Positions 1-9,752 are shown, counted from the stretch's first letter. The stretch: DNA of 64,000 nt from a candidate division WOR-3 bacterium (GCA_965649225.1 CBFGJX010000007.1:32001-96000), one strand, 5' to 3'. Made by a program: numbers and translations. Notes: generated by a model from the letters alone, not told the origin.

Positions 1-385
1 CGCGCCGGGGAGCGCCATGCTGGATATAGACCGGAATTCTTTCGTCCCCGGTCAAATCGAGCGTGCCAAAGAACCGGGCTGCGGTTACCGCACGTTCCAG
101 ATAGACACTGCGGTCAACCCGGCGGCCCGGACTGGTGTTCGTCCAGCAAGCCCAGAACCAGTCGGCCAGCCGGGCGCGGTCTTCGGCGGTCGGCTGGTTC
201 AGGTAGTCGGCCGCAGTCGGTGGTGCAAGAGAGCGGAGAACGAGATATTCGTACTGCTCAGCCCGGGAAAGCCGGTCGGCAGCCGAGAGCCTTTTGAACT
301 GCGAGCAGCCGATGGATTCGGCCAGACTGATACCGAGTAGCATGATAGCGAAGGCCAATACCAGCCGGTCGGTTTTCCGGCTCAA
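1..385 (-). CDS. GWxTD-domain-like exported protein/lipoprotein (5' part; runs off window start)
   Basis: Manual translation, not in ORF track: MSRKTDRLVLAFAIMLLGISLAESIGC...EDRARLADWFW...VYLERAVTAARFFG...GDERIPVYIQHGAP. Matches the GWxTD pattern (FW...R..YA..F...D.R..VYI.YG.P). Start is TTG 385 or ATG 343. Confidence 0.6.
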   Translation of the reverse strand, partial: MSRKTDRLVLAFAIMLLGISLAESIGCSQFKRLSAADRLSRAEQYEYLVLRSLAPPTAADYLNQPTAEDRARLADWFWACWTNTSPGRRVDRSVYLERAVTAARFFGTLDLTGDERIPVYIQHGAPRR

Positions 386-418
386 GTTGCGAAGCGATGG
401 GTTGCGCGTAATCGTCGG

Positions 419-2128
419 CTAGCCAATCATCGGCAGGTCAACGCCGCGCTCACGAGCAATGATGCGGGCACGGTCATAGCCGGCGTCGGCATGGCGGGCG
501 ATGCCGGTGCCCGGGTCATTGGTCAGTACCCGCCGGATGCGTTCATCCATCTCGGTCGAGCCGTCGCAGACCGTCACCTGCCCGGCGTGGATTGAATAAC
601 CGATGCCGACTCCGCCGCCGTGGTGGATTGATACCCACGATGCACCCGAAGCAACGTTGAGCATGGCGTTGAGCAGCGGCCAGTCGGCAATTGCGTCCGA
701 ACCGTCCAGCATCGCCTCGGTTTCGCGGTTGGGCGAAGCCACCGAGCCGCAGTCGAGATGGTCGCGGCCGAGCACTATCGGCGCCTTGATGCGGCCCTCC
801 CGCACGGCCTTGTTGAAGGCAAGTCCGGCGAGGTGACGTTCGCCATAGCCCAGCCAGCAGATGCGGGCCGGCAGGCCCTGGAACGGTACCTGTTCCCCGG
901 CCTTGCGAATCCAGTTTGCCAGCGCCTGGTTCTGGGGGAAAAGTTCAAGCATGATGCGGTCGGTTTCGGCGATGTCCGCCGGGTCGCCGGACAGTGCCGC
1001 CCAGCGGAATGGGCCCTTGCCCTCGCAGAACAGCGGCCGGATATAGGCCGGCACAAAGCCGGGATACTTCCAGCCGCCGTTTGGTCCGGGAGTGCGGATT
1101 TCTTCCTCTTTCAGGAAACCGCCTTCCAGTGCCTTGCCGCGCAGGTTGTTGCCGTAATCGAAAGTCACTGCGCCGCGTTCCTGAAGCTTGAGCATCAGTC
1201 GCACGTGCTCGGCCATCGTCCGGTACGCGGCACGACGGTAACTCTGCGGATCGCTGGCGCGCAGCTGCAGCGCCTCGGCGAAGGTCATGCCGTCCGGAAC
1301 GTAGCCGGCGAGCTCGTCGTGGGCGGATGTCTGGTCGGTCAGCAGGTCAGGCACGACTTCGCGCTCAACAAGTCGCCGCAACAGTGCGACGATATTACCA
1401 CACCAGACAATGCTTTTTGCGATTTTATGAGATTTCGCATCAAGTGCGGCGTCGATCGCCTTGTCGAGGTCGTCGATGCGCTCGTCGATGTAGCGGGGCT
1501 TCTGGGAGGCGAGGCGGCGGCTGATACGGCTGGGGTCAACCTCGGCTCCCAAATACGCCGCGCCGGCCATCACTGCGGCCAGCGGCTGGGCACCGGACAT
1601 CCCGCCCAGACCGCCTGATACCACCAGCCGACCGGAAAGGTCGGGTGAGCCGAAGTGTTTGACCCCGGCGGCGACAAAGGTTTCATGTGTGCCTTGCAGG
1701 ATTCCCTGAGTGCCGATGTAAATCCACGAACCGGCCGTCATCTGGCCGTACATTATCAGCCCGGCCGCTTCCAGTTCATCGAAATAGGGCTTGGTTGCCC
1801 AGTGGGGTACAAGGTTGGAATTGGCGATGAGTACGCGCGGGGCGTGTGCGAAAGTGCGGAATACCGCGACCGGCTTGCCGGACTGGACGAGCAGGGTCTC
1901 GTCGTTTTCCAGCCGCCTGAGCGTGCGGACGATCGCTTCATAGCATTCCCAGTTGCGTGCGGCCCGGCCCGTACCGCCATAGACGATGAGTTCGCGGGGG
2001 TTCTCGGCGACGGCTTCGTCGAGGTTGTTCATCAGCATCCGCATGGCGGCTTCCTGATGCCAGCCCTTGCAGGACAGGGTCGTGCCGGTCGGGGCCTTGA
2101 TTGGGGAGTAGCTGCGGTTCTCTTTCAT
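419..2128 (-). CDS. hutU: Urocanate hydratase
   Basis: Motifs [61 protein letters not shown]. Confidence 0.98.
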   Translation of the reverse strand: MKENRSYSPIKAPTGTTLSCKGWHQEAAMRMLMNNLDEAVAENPRELIVYGGTGRAARNWECYEAIVRTLRRLENDETLLVQSGKPVAVFRTFAHAPRVLIANSNLVPHWATKPYFDELEAAGLIMYGQMTAGSWIYIGTQGILQGTHETFVAAGVKHFGSPDLSGRLVVSGGLGGMSGAQPLAAVMAGAAYLGAEVDPSRISRRLASQKPRYIDERIDDLDKAIDAALDAKSHKIAKSIVWCGNIVALLRRLVEREVVPDLLTDQTSAHDELAGYVPDGMTFAEALQLRASDPQSYRRAAYRTMAEHVRLMLKLQERGAVTFDYGNNLRGKALEGGFLKEEEIRTPGPNGGWKYPGFVPAYIRPLFCEGKGPFRWAALSGDPADIAETDRIMLELFPQNQALANWIRKAGEQVPFQGLPARICWLGYGERHLAGLAFNKAVREGRIKAPIVLGRDHLDCGSVASPNRETEAMLDGSDAIADWPLLNAMLNVASGASWVSIHHGGGVGIGYSIHAGQVTVCDGSTEMDERIRRVLTNDPGTGIARHADAGYDRARIIARERGVDLPMIG

Positions 2129-2143
2129 GATTGCCTCGACAGA

Positions 2144-2171
2144 ATGATAAGAGGCAGGGTGGTGCAGTCAA
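2144..2171 (-). promoter_or_regulatory. sigma70-like promoter of hutU
   Basis: TTGACT-N16-TATCAT on minus strand, then GAGG before the ATG at 2128. Confidence 0.65.
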
Positions 2172-2257
2172 CCGGAGGGAGGTTAAAGGATGGAGTCTGG
2201 ATTGTGACAACAGTTGTCTTGTCGCTTGCTGCTGTTCGTACGGCCGGCCGCCGTGTC

Positions 2258-3739
2258 TTACCAGTCGCGTGAGCGAATCAGCATCCAGAGTCTCAAACTG
2301 GTCGGCGCGGCAGCGGTGTTTCCATCCACCGCCGCCCGCCTGCTGCCTTCGGCGCCAGCCACGTTCGAGTGTTCGCCCGTGCCGGGGACGAGACTTCCGC
2401 GCAGGTCGGGCGTCAGGATGCTGTCGCCGGACAGGGTTGTGAATCTGGCTTTACCGTCGCAAAGGACATAGCCCGCCGGCAGGGCCGTCGAATCACCGTA
2501 CCAGGCGATGATTGTTCCCGGTACGACGCTGCCCGGTCCGACATAGGCCCGGTTGGTGTAGAAGCCTCTTGAGCTGTGCATGTATGAGGTGTCAGTGAAG
2601 TTGCCGCGGGTGCTGCCAATCGCGGCCACGAACGACTTTGTGCCGCCATCGATGGATTCGGCCATCGCCACGACGCGGGTTGATTCGTACTGCCAGATGC
2701 CGGCGAAGCCGGCGCCCCGGTCAATGCCGGTGTCGCACCAGGCAAAGCCATGAAAGGCGCGGCGGACCGGATTGCCCGATACGCTTCGGCGGACGGTGTC
2801 AATGTTCTCGAAACCGTCCCAGTTCACAATTGATGCATGACCGCGCTTCTGATAGTCCATGAACCCGGCGGGTCCGTGAATCCGGAATCGCTCCAGAGTG
2901 TCGGCGGCGATTCGGTCATAGTACCAGAATGTCAGTATTTCGCCGGCCGGGCCGACCTGTCGGCCGATACGGACATCAGTCGTGCCTGTCGTTTCGGTCG
3001 GGTTGATGATATTGCCGAAGACACAGCCGGTTGATCGAAACACTCCGGCGAACGCAGTGTCTTCCACCCGGGCCTGCCGGGCGTAGAGGGTCTTGCTGGT
3101 GTCCGCCTGCCGGTTGTTGCGGAAGTTGGCACTGTCGTTGTAGGGATTCCCGCCGCCCGGGGAGGCAAGCGCATAGCCGGCGGTGTCGGCCTTGTAGGCA
3201 TAGGCGGCGCTGACTATGCGCATGCGCGGGGCCATCTCCGCCTCGCTACCGACCGCCATGCCGAGGTAGAGCGCGCCGCCGTCCGGTACGGTGGCAAGCG
3301 GGGTCACCGAGCCGAGCAGGACATAGAACAGGCCGCCGCGTACGGCAACGTTCTGCGTCTCGGTCCAGAACGGGCTGCCGCCGGTTGGCGTCGTGTAGAG
3401 GCTGAAGTTCAGTGAGTAGCTCCCGTTGGGTACGGCATTGCCGAGCGAGTCGGTGAGTCGGCCCTGGTATGAAATCATTCGCGGTATGGCCAGAGCCGCC
3501 GGCCACAATGATTCGGGTGCAGTCGCTGGGCCTGTCTGGGGCTTGGTGGCGCGATGGCCGCCGGCCATGCCCAGTGCGAGCAGACTGAACATGGCTGTGA
3601 CCGCCTTCAGCAAGCCGACTTTCAATGGTTTCCGAATCAGTCGAGTCTGTTTCTGTTGGCCAGACGCAGATTCGCAGACGGCTGGCAGGGGGATTGGTGA
3701 GGGCGAACGGCGTGGTGTTTCCTTTGTGTTGTATTCCAT
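2258..3739 (-). CDS. Exported fibre-like protein with C-terminal phage tail-collar-like domain
   Basis: Hydrophobic leader, N-terminal ISYQGRLTDSLG...YSLNFSLY...GG...WTE domain, C-terminal VPGTIIAWYG...LPAGYVLCDG...TPDLRG. Start uncertain (ATG 3739, TTG 3625 or ATG 3592); the track start 3901 lies upstream of the predicted promoter. Confidence 0.7.
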   Translation of the reverse strand: MEYNTKETPRRSPSPIPLPAVCESASGQQKQTRLIRKPLKVGLLKAVTAMFSLLALGMAGGHRATKPQTGPATAPESLWPAALAIPRMISYQGRLTDSLGNAVPNGSYSLNFSLYTTPTGGSPFWTETQNVAVRGGLFYVLLGSVTPLATVPDGGALYLGMAVGSEAEMAPRMRIVSAAYAYKADTAGYALASPGGGNPYNDSANFRNNRQADTSKTLYARQARVEDTAFAGVFRSTGCVFGNIINPTETTGTTDVRIGRQVGPAGEILTFWYYDRIAADTLERFRIHGPAGFMDYQKRGHASIVNWDGFENIDTVRRSVSGNPVRRAFHGFAWCDTGIDRGAGFAGIWQYESTRVVAMAESIDGGTKSFVAAIGSTRGNFTDTSYMHSSRGFYTNRAYVGPGSVVPGTIIAWYGDSTALPAGYVLCDGKARFTTLSGDSILTPDLRGSLVPGTGEHSNVAGAEGSRRAAVDGNTAAAPTSLRLWMLIRSRDW

Positions 3740-3746
3740 ATCGAGA

Positions 3747-3774
3747 AGAGTATGGGACGAGAAGAAACCGTCAA
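3747..3774 (-). promoter_or_regulatory. sigma70-like promoter
   Basis: TTGACG-N16-TACTCT, 7 nt before in-frame ATG 3739. Confidence 0.5.
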
Positions 3775-3873
3775 GCAGAGGGGGCAGAAGGCAAAGATGA
3801 CGAAATGCCGGCGGCAGAATTGTGTTGTGGTTGTCGTCAGGTGGTGAGGACGCCGGTTGTCTTCGGAGAAGGC

Positions 3874-3901
3874 TTGACAAACCCAGCCAGCGGACTAGCA
3901 T
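3874..3901 (+). promoter_or_regulatory. sigma70-like promoter
   Basis: TTGACA-N16-TAGCAT upstream of AGGAGGT RBS. Confidence 0.65.
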
Positions 3902-3928
3902 CGGCCAAAAGTGAGGAGGTCTAGCATC

Positions 3929-4393
3929 GTGAGAGCTGTGACAATACTGACCGCAGTACTGCTCGTGTTTGTGATGGCCAGCCAGAGCGGCTGCAGGGGC
4001 TGCGGCGAACGGATCGCGGAAAAGACAGTGGAGAAGGCAATTGAAGGAGCTTCGGGCGGCAAGGTTAATGTCGATGCCGGCTCATCGGTTGATGTCTCTG
4101 GTCTGCCTGAGTTTCTGCGCTATCCCGGCGCCAAGGCCAAAGCGACCTGGTCGATGAAGAGCGACGAGGGCGAAGGTACGACCTATGCTTTTGAGACTGC
4201 CGACCCGCGGCCGACCGTGGTGGAGTTTTACAAGAAAGCTCTGGGAGGCTGGAAGAATCGTTCGACCCTTGAGAGCGAAGAGTCCGCAGTGCTGATGTTT
4301 GCCTCGGCCGACGAGAAGGAATTCGTGACAGTGACGATCGGCACCGAGGACAACAAGACGACGATCGCGATTCTGCTGGTCAAGAACAAGTAG
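3929..4393 (+). CDS. Hypothetical lipoprotein
   Basis: RBS AGGAGGT (3914-3920) then GTG 3929; hydrophobic leader ending SQSGC; followed by a terminator. Confidence 0.8.
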   Translation: MRAVTILTAVLLVFVMASQSGCRGCGERIAEKTVEKAIEGASGGKVNVDAGSSVDVSGLPEFLRYPGAKAKATWSMKSDEGEGTTYAFETADPRPTVVEFYKKALGGWKNRSTLESEESAVLMFASADEKEFVTVTIGTEDNKTTIAILLVKNK

Positions 4394-4410
4394 CACCCAG
4401 ACAAAGCGAA

Positions 4411-4446
4411 GCGGGCGGGTGGCTGTGACACCCGCCCGCAGCTTTT
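4411..4446 (+). terminator. Rho-independent terminator
   Basis: 11-bp stem GCGGGCGGGTG/CACCCGCCCGC, 7-nt loop, followed by AGCTTTT. Confidence 0.75.
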
Positions 4447-4772
4447 CGTCGTAATTGTCCGAACTTGGCTGGAGTCGGGTTTTGCGGTCCAGACTAAACC
4501 GGCGCGGATGGATTTTTCAGTACCAGCAGTTTCTAACGCTTTGTCAGCGGTCCAGTTGCCGGGTTGGGTCGAAGCGACACTGGACTACCCCCCTCTCGTT
4601 CCCCTGGCGGCTGGTTGCGCACCGGCCGTCTCCACCGGTGACGGGATTTTCAAAAGGTACGGTCGACAGTCGGGGCGGAAAGACCGCGCCGATGCTGTAA
4701 AGGAAGCCGTGGGGAACTGGTCAAGGCCTGTGGGTGTCGGGGCTGGATCGTGACCGGGCGGCAGCTAACGGG

Positions 4773-5858
4773 TCAGCGGGGCATGGCGCGGGACATCGTC
4801 TCGCGCGCAATGGCAAGGCGCAGCGGGTCGGCCGAGTCGTCCGACCCGCGCGCACGGGCCAGCCACTGTTCAAGCGGCGGAATGGTGCCGCCGTGGATAC
4901 GTATCGACCGGTTGACGGCGTCAGCGAGGACGCGGCCGGCCTGAAGCTTGACCAGCATCGATTCGTATTCGGCCTTTTTGCCCTGAGCGAGATGCCAGGC
5001 GGCATGATATACTGCCCAGCGCAGGGCGTCGGTGTCGGCGGCGAGTTCAGCAAGCGCACGCTGAACCGAGCGGCGTTCGGCGATATTGCGGCCCATTGAG
5101 GTCCAGTCATGGGCGTACTGGGCAGTGACTTCGACCAGCCGGTCGCAGGTGCCAAGGATGTGGGCAGCACGGACGATGCGGGCAAGAGCATGCCAGCGGC
5201 GGCCGAGTCCGGCGGCCCTGCCCGGTTCACCAATGATGCGCTCGGACGGGACGCGGCAGTTGTCGAGTTGAAGCACGGTTCTGGTGCTGTCGGTTTTGAC
5301 CGTTACGCCCGGCTGCTCGCGATCGACCACAAAGCAGGTTGGACCGTCAGGAGCAAGGGCGAAAACCAGCAGGAAATCGAACTCGCTGCGGGAGAGCTCT
5401 TTCGTGCCGTTCAGGATCCAGCCGGAATCTGTTGGCGCCGCGATCGTTTTCATTTCCTCGGGTCGGGCGAATGGCTGTGGCTCGCGGAAGGCAACGGCGT
5501 AGTGTTTGTCGCCGGTAACGACCGGGGCGAGGTAGCTGTCCTTGAGTGCCGGACCCGCTTCGTAGAGTATCGGCGTCGGTTCGCCCCATTCAACCGGGAT
5601 GATCGTGGTGCCGAGTTCTTCGGCCAGACAGCAGGTTTCAACCGGTCCGAGTCCGCCGCCACCGAATTCTTCCGGTACGCCGGCCGAGAACATTCCCATT
5701 TCCTTCAGTGCCGCGGTGGCGTCGTCGGCAATTGTCCGCTGCACCGAAGAGTCTTTGGCGTTGAGGAAGTTTGGTTCTTTCGGAATGAGGTCGCGCCGGA
5801 CAAACTCATGAGCGGTCTGGCGGACCATTTCTGCATCTTCGCCGAACGTGAAGTCCAC
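4773..5858 (-). CDS. Acyl-CoA dehydrogenase family protein (degenerate motifs)
   Basis: MDFTF..E, VPEEFGGGGLG, WILNGTK, SMVKL, RIHGG; lacks EPxAGSD and IYEGT motifs. Confidence 0.85.
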   Translation of the reverse strand: MDFTFGEDAEMVRQTAHEFVRRDLIPKEPNFLNAKDSSVQRTIADDATAALKEMGMFSAGVPEEFGGGGLGPVETCCLAEELGTTIIPVEWGEPTPILYEAGPALKDSYLAPVVTGDKHYAVAFREPQPFARPEEMKTIAAPTDSGWILNGTKELSRSEFDFLLVFALAPDGPTCFVVDREQPGVTVKTDSTRTVLQLDNCRVPSERIIGEPGRAAGLGRRWHALARIVRAAHILGTCDRLVEVTAQYAHDWTSMGRNIAERRSVQRALAELAADTDALRWAVYHAAWHLAQGKKAEYESMLVKLQAGRVLADAVNRSIRIHGGTIPPLEQWLARARGSDDSADPLRLAIARETMSRAMPR

Positions 5859-5861
5859 GGT

Positions 5862-7466
5862 TCAGTCCTTGCGGGTATAGTCGGGCAGCAGCACGGGCGA
5901 ACAGGCGCAGGCTTTGATGCCTTTGCTGTCCAGCTCCGCCTGCCAGCGGTCAACGTGGGCAAGCGACAACTCCAGCTGTCCGGTGCGCTCTCGGGCGACA
6001 GTCGCGGCAGTTGCGCCGGCGCGGCGGCCGAATACGACGACATCCAGCAGCGAATTGCCCATCAGCCGGTTGCGACCATGGACACCGCCCGATGCCTCTC
6101 CCGCTACCAGCAGGCCGGTGACGCCGGTGGTGCAGTCGGCCTTGATGGCAATGCCGCCGTTCTGGTAATGCAGTGTGGGATAGACCAGAATCGGCTCAAC
6201 GGCAATGTCGATGCCGTGGCGGCCAAACTGGCGCACCATCGCCGGCAGTTCGCGTCGGACCGAGCCCGGGCCGCGCCGGGTTTCAATCATCGGGGTGTCG
6301 AGCCAGACTGCGTCAACTCCGGCCGGTGTCTTGACGCCGCGGCCGGCCTGGCACTCGCGGATGATGGCCGAGGCGACGACGTCGCGGGTTTCGAGCGGGT
6401 AGATGAACTGCTCGCCGGCGGCGTTGACCAGCTGGGCGCCGAGCGAGCGGACTTTTTCGGTGACGAGCTGGCCGAGGATTTGCTGCGGGAAGGCGGCGCC
6501 GGTCGGGTGATACTGCATCGTGTCGATGAAGGCGAGTCGGGCCCCGGCGCGGTAAGCAAGCACCAGGCCGTCGCCGGTGGCGCCGTAGTGGTTCGAGGTC
6601 GGGAAGTTCTGGTAGTGCAGCCGGCCCGAACCGCCGGTCGCGATGACCGTCACCCGGGCGCGGACAACAATCTGGCGGCCGATGTTGAGGTTGGTAAGCA
6701 CTGCGCCGTTGACCGCGCCGGTCGAGTCGGTGAGCAGTTCGATTGCCGGACAGAACTCAAGTACGGTGATGCCGGGACGGGAGCGGACCTCGTCGCGCAG
6801 CGTGCGCATTATCTCGGCGCCGGTGTAGTCGCGGGCGGTGTGCATCCGCTTGCGCGAGGTGCCGCCGCCGTGAATGGTCTTCATCGAACCGTCGGCATTT
6901 TTGTCAAACATCGCCCCGAGTTCTTCCAGCCAGGCGATTGCCATCGGCGCATCGGACACCAGCGCCTCGACCAGGTCAGGGTCGTTGTGGAAATGGCCGC
7001 CGCCGATGACGTCAAGGTAGTGAATCGCCGGCGAATCACCGGGCGAGTCGGCGGCCTGAATGCCGCCCTGGGCCATCATCGTGTTGGCGTCGCCGAGCCG
7101 GAGCTTGGTGGCCAGCAGTACCCGGGCACCGTTGCGCTCGGCGGTGATTGCCGTGGCGCAGCCGGCACCGCCACCGCCAATGACCAGGACGTCAGTTTCG
7201 ATATCGGGGCGTGACAGGTCGGGCCGGCTGGTGGCGAGGGGGGAAGCGGCCTGGAGCACACTGGCCAGCTCGCGCGGAGTTCGGTCGCCGGCATTGGGAC
7301 CCACGTCAAGCCGGGAGAAGGCGTCGCTGTGGTAGTCGGGATGGTAGTCTTTGAGGAGCTGTTCCTTCTGTTCGGCAGTGGCGCGAGGATATTCCTGTTC
7401 AAGCCGCGCAGTGCGGCTGGCAATGCAGCGGTGCAGCGAATCCTGTAATTGCTGAGGATAGCTCAT
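5862..7466 (-). CDS. Fumarate reductase/succinate dehydrogenase flavoprotein-like (TfrA-like, soluble)
   Basis: VIGGGGAG FAD motif, AQGG, QYHPTG, TEKVR, TRDVV, HYQNGG, HGRNRLMGNSL. Confidence 0.9.
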   Translation of the reverse strand: MSYPQQLQDSLHRCIASRTARLEQEYPRATAEQKEQLLKDYHPDYHSDAFSRLDVGPNAGDRTPRELASVLQAASPLATSRPDLSRPDIETDVLVIGGGGAGCATAITAERNGARVLLATKLRLGDANTMMAQGGIQAADSPGDSPAIHYLDVIGGGHFHNDPDLVEALVSDAPMAIAWLEELGAMFDKNADGSMKTIHGGGTSRKRMHTARDYTGAEIMRTLRDEVRSRPGITVLEFCPAIELLTDSTGAVNGAVLTNLNIGRQIVVRARVTVIATGGSGRLHYQNFPTSNHYGATGDGLVLAYRAGARLAFIDTMQYHPTGAAFPQQILGQLVTEKVRSLGAQLVNAAGEQFIYPLETRDVVASAIIRECQAGRGVKTPAGVDAVWLDTPMIETRRGPGSVRRELPAMVRQFGRHGIDIAVEPILVYPTLHYQNGGIAIKADCTTGVTGLLVAGEASGGVHGRNRLMGNSLLDVVVFGRRAGATAATVARERTGQLELSLAHVDRWQAELDSKGIKACACSPVLLPDYTRKD

Positions 7467-7469
7467 TGG

Positions 7470-8153
7470 TCACTCCGGTTCGATGTCGCGGGCGGCATAG
7501 CGCTGCTTCAGTTCCTCTTTTGTGAGGTTCTTGAGAGTCGTCAGCTCGGGGGTGTAGCGCCCGGCCGCAATTTCGGCACAGCGTTCGGCAAGGTGGGCGG
7601 AACGAGGCGCAAGTCGGGCACCGTAGATCCGCCGCGCCAGCAGTGCCGCGTTGTGCTTGACCAGTTCGGCCGGGCAGCGGGCGACACACAGGCCGCACAT
7701 GATGCAGTCGAACGAGATGTCGGCGGCGGCGGCGATGTCACCCCGAACGATCGCCGAGACGTAACCGAGAACGTCGATGTCCTGGGGACAGGACTTGGTG
7801 CAGGTGTTGCAGCCGAAGCAGCGCAGCATTTCCGGATAGAGCCGCAGTACCTCCTGGCCGGTGCCGGCAAGTTCTTCGAGCCGGTAGTCGGCACGGTGGG
7901 CCGGGAAAAACGGCAGCATCGCCAGCGACATTCCCGGTTCTACCTTTGTCTGACAGGCCAGGGCAAAGCGCAGGTGATAGTCGCCGGGCAGGCGGTAGAC
8001 AGTGGCACAGGCACCGCAGAAGCCGCCGCGGCAGCCAACGCCGCGGGTCAAACGGTAACCGGCATATTCCATCGCCTGCAGGATGGTGAGCGAGTCGGGA
8101 ACCAGATGGTGTTCGCCCATCACGTAGAAGTCAATCAGACTGGCGTCAGGCAT
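7470..8153 (-). CDS. Fe-S subunit (2Fe-2S plus 2x4Fe-4S), FrdB/TfrB-like
   Basis: CRGGFCGAC...LACQ, CFGCNTCTKSCP, CIMCGLCVARCP; ATG 8153 overlaps the upstream stop. Confidence 0.88.
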   Translation of the reverse strand: MPDASLIDFYVMGEHHLVPDSLTILQAMEYAGYRLTRGVGCRGGFCGACATVYRLPGDYHLRFALACQTKVEPGMSLAMLPFFPAHRADYRLEELAGTGQEVLRLYPEMLRCFGCNTCTKSCPQDIDVLGYVSAIVRGDIAAAADISFDCIMCGLCVARCPAELVKHNAALLARRIYGARLAPRSAHLAERCAEIAAGRYTPELTTLKNLTKEELKQRYAARDIEPE

Positions 8154-8598
8154 TGTCGCCGACCTCCTCCAGAAATTGGTCAAGGTAGGTGTCGTCGGCC
8201 GGAGCCAGTTTGGCGAGCAGGTGTTTCATCTGCTCGACAGTCCGGGTCCGAACGATGTAATACTTGATTGTCGTGTCAACCTGCGGACAGGCCATCACAC
8301 AGTTGTAGCAACGGTCGCAGTCGGTGCCGACCATGGTCTCAAGTGCCAGCGAGGTGCGCTGCGCAGTTTTCTGCAGGCGGGCCGGCTCGCGGGCAAGCAG
8401 TGAGCAGATGTCGATGCAGTTGCCGCAGCCAAGGCAGGCTCGGCTGCCGGTAAGTTCATCCCGGGTTTTGAGCATGTGCGACGGGCCGAAGCCGGAGGAA
8501 AGCAGCCGGCAGCGGGCCACCGGGGGTTCCGAGATGTCGAGGATGTGCTCGAGCGATGCGAGCACTGCTTCAATGTCGGTCTGGACTGTGTTGGGCAT
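8146..8598 (-). CDS. 4Fe-4S dicluster protein
   Basis: CLGCGNCIDIC and CDRCYNCVMACP. Confidence 0.85.
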   Translation of the reverse strand: MPNTVQTDIEAVLASLEHILDISEPPVARCRLLSSGFGPSHMLKTRDELTGSRACLGCGNCIDICSLLAREPARLQKTAQRTSLALETMVGTDCDRCYNCVMACPQVDTTIKYYIVRTRTVEQMKHLLAKLAPADDTYLDQFLEEVGDNA

Positions 8599-8652
8599 GG
8601 TTCAACTGCACCGGGCTGCGGAGTGAAAAAAGCGAGCAAATCGTCTGGCCGG

Positions 8653-9630
8653 TCACGATTGTGCTTTCAGCTTGCGGAATGCATCGGTGAGCAGCGGGAC
8701 AATTGTGAACAGGTCGCCGACGATGGCATAGTCGGCGACTTTCATGATGTTGGCTTCGGGGTCCTTGTTGATGGCAACGATGCATTTTGACGCCGACATG
8801 CCAACGAGGTGCTGAATTGCCCCGGATATGCCGCAGGCGATGTAAAGCTGCGGTGCAACGGTCTTGCCGGTCTGGCCGACCTGGAACTGGTGGTCACGCC
8901 AGCCGGCGTCAACCGCAGCCCGGGAGGCACCCACCGCGGCATTGACCGTGGCGGCAAGTTCTTCGAGCAGGGCGTAATTTTCCGGGCCCTTCATACCCCG
9001 GCCGCCCGAGATAATGATGTCGGCTTCGGTGAGTTCGACGGTTTTGGTTACGGCTTTGACCACTTCGGTCACCCGGGTGCGCAGTTCGGCCGGGGCAAGG
9101 CCGGTGGTGACGATTGTACCTTCGGTCGGAGATTCGCCGATTGGAGCGACTGCGCGGGGACGAATCGAGACGACCAGCGGACCGGATGACTGCGCCTTGA
9201 CCTGGGCGAGTGCCTTGCCGGCATAGATCGGCCGGGTGAAAAGCGGGGTGTTGTCGTCAGCAAACTCGATTGCCGTCACATCCGGCACCAGCGTGGTCTC
9301 AAGTTCTGCCGCCAACGTCGCCGACAGGTCCTTGCCCTGAGTGGTTGCACCGACGACGATGGCGGTCGGTTTGTGCTCGTTGATGAGCTGGAGGAGTGCA
9401 CTGGTGTAGCCGTCCGGGGTGTAGCGGTCGAGGTCGGAGGCGTCGATGACAAAGACGCGGCCGGCGCCGAAGCGACGCAGGTTTTCAGCCATCCCGGCAA
9501 CACCGGAACCGATGATGACAGCAGCGAGTTCAGACTTTTGCCTTTTGGCCAGCATGTAGCCGGCCAGCAGCGCTTCGTAAGTGACCTTTTTCAGCCTACC
9601 GTCACGCTGTTCAGCGACAACCAGCACCAT
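8653..9630 (-). CDS. etfA: Electron transfer flavoprotein alpha subunit
   Basis: LTEADIIISGGRG, ASRAAVDAGW, QVGQTGKTV, GISGAIQH, AINKDPEA. Confidence 0.96.
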   Translation of the reverse strand: MVLVVAEQRDGRLKKVTYEALLAGYMLAKRQKSELAAVIIGSGVAGMAENLRRFGAGRVFVIDASDLDRYTPDGYTSALLQLINEHKPTAIVVGATTQGKDLSATLAAELETTLVPDVTAIEFADDNTPLFTRPIYAGKALAQVKAQSSGPLVVSIRPRAVAPIGESPTEGTIVTTGLAPAELRTRVTEVVKAVTKTVELTEADIIISGGRGMKGPENYALLEELAATVNAAVGASRAAVDAGWRDHQFQVGQTGKTVAPQLYIACGISGAIQHLVGMSASKCIVAINKDPEANIMKVADYAIVGDLFTIVPLLTDAFRKLKAQS

Positions 9631-9675
9631 TATCCTTAGCTTCTCCTTAGGGCTTTGTTTGCGGCCTGAGTGGGA

Positions 9676-9703
9676 ATTGTAATCGCGAGTGGTTCAAAGT
9701 CAA
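9676..9703 (-). promoter_or_regulatory. sigma70-like promoter of the etfA operon
   Basis: TTGACT-N16-TACAAT. Confidence 0.7.
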
Positions 9704-9752
9704 CGACCGGCAGGATGGGTTCAGGATCGGCAGCAGGACGCAGCCGCGTGCT

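Noticed and set aside
2258..2560. Prophage remnant
   Set aside because: Only a collar-like domain on an exported protein; no integrase, capsid, terminase or att sites.
5109..7214. 701-aa + strand ORF, and similar long antisense ORFs (13675-14895, 19020-20339, 31880-32986, 33167-34534)
   Set aside because: They shadow well-supported genes on the opposite strand, show no motifs, and are expected from stop-poor high-GC codon usage.
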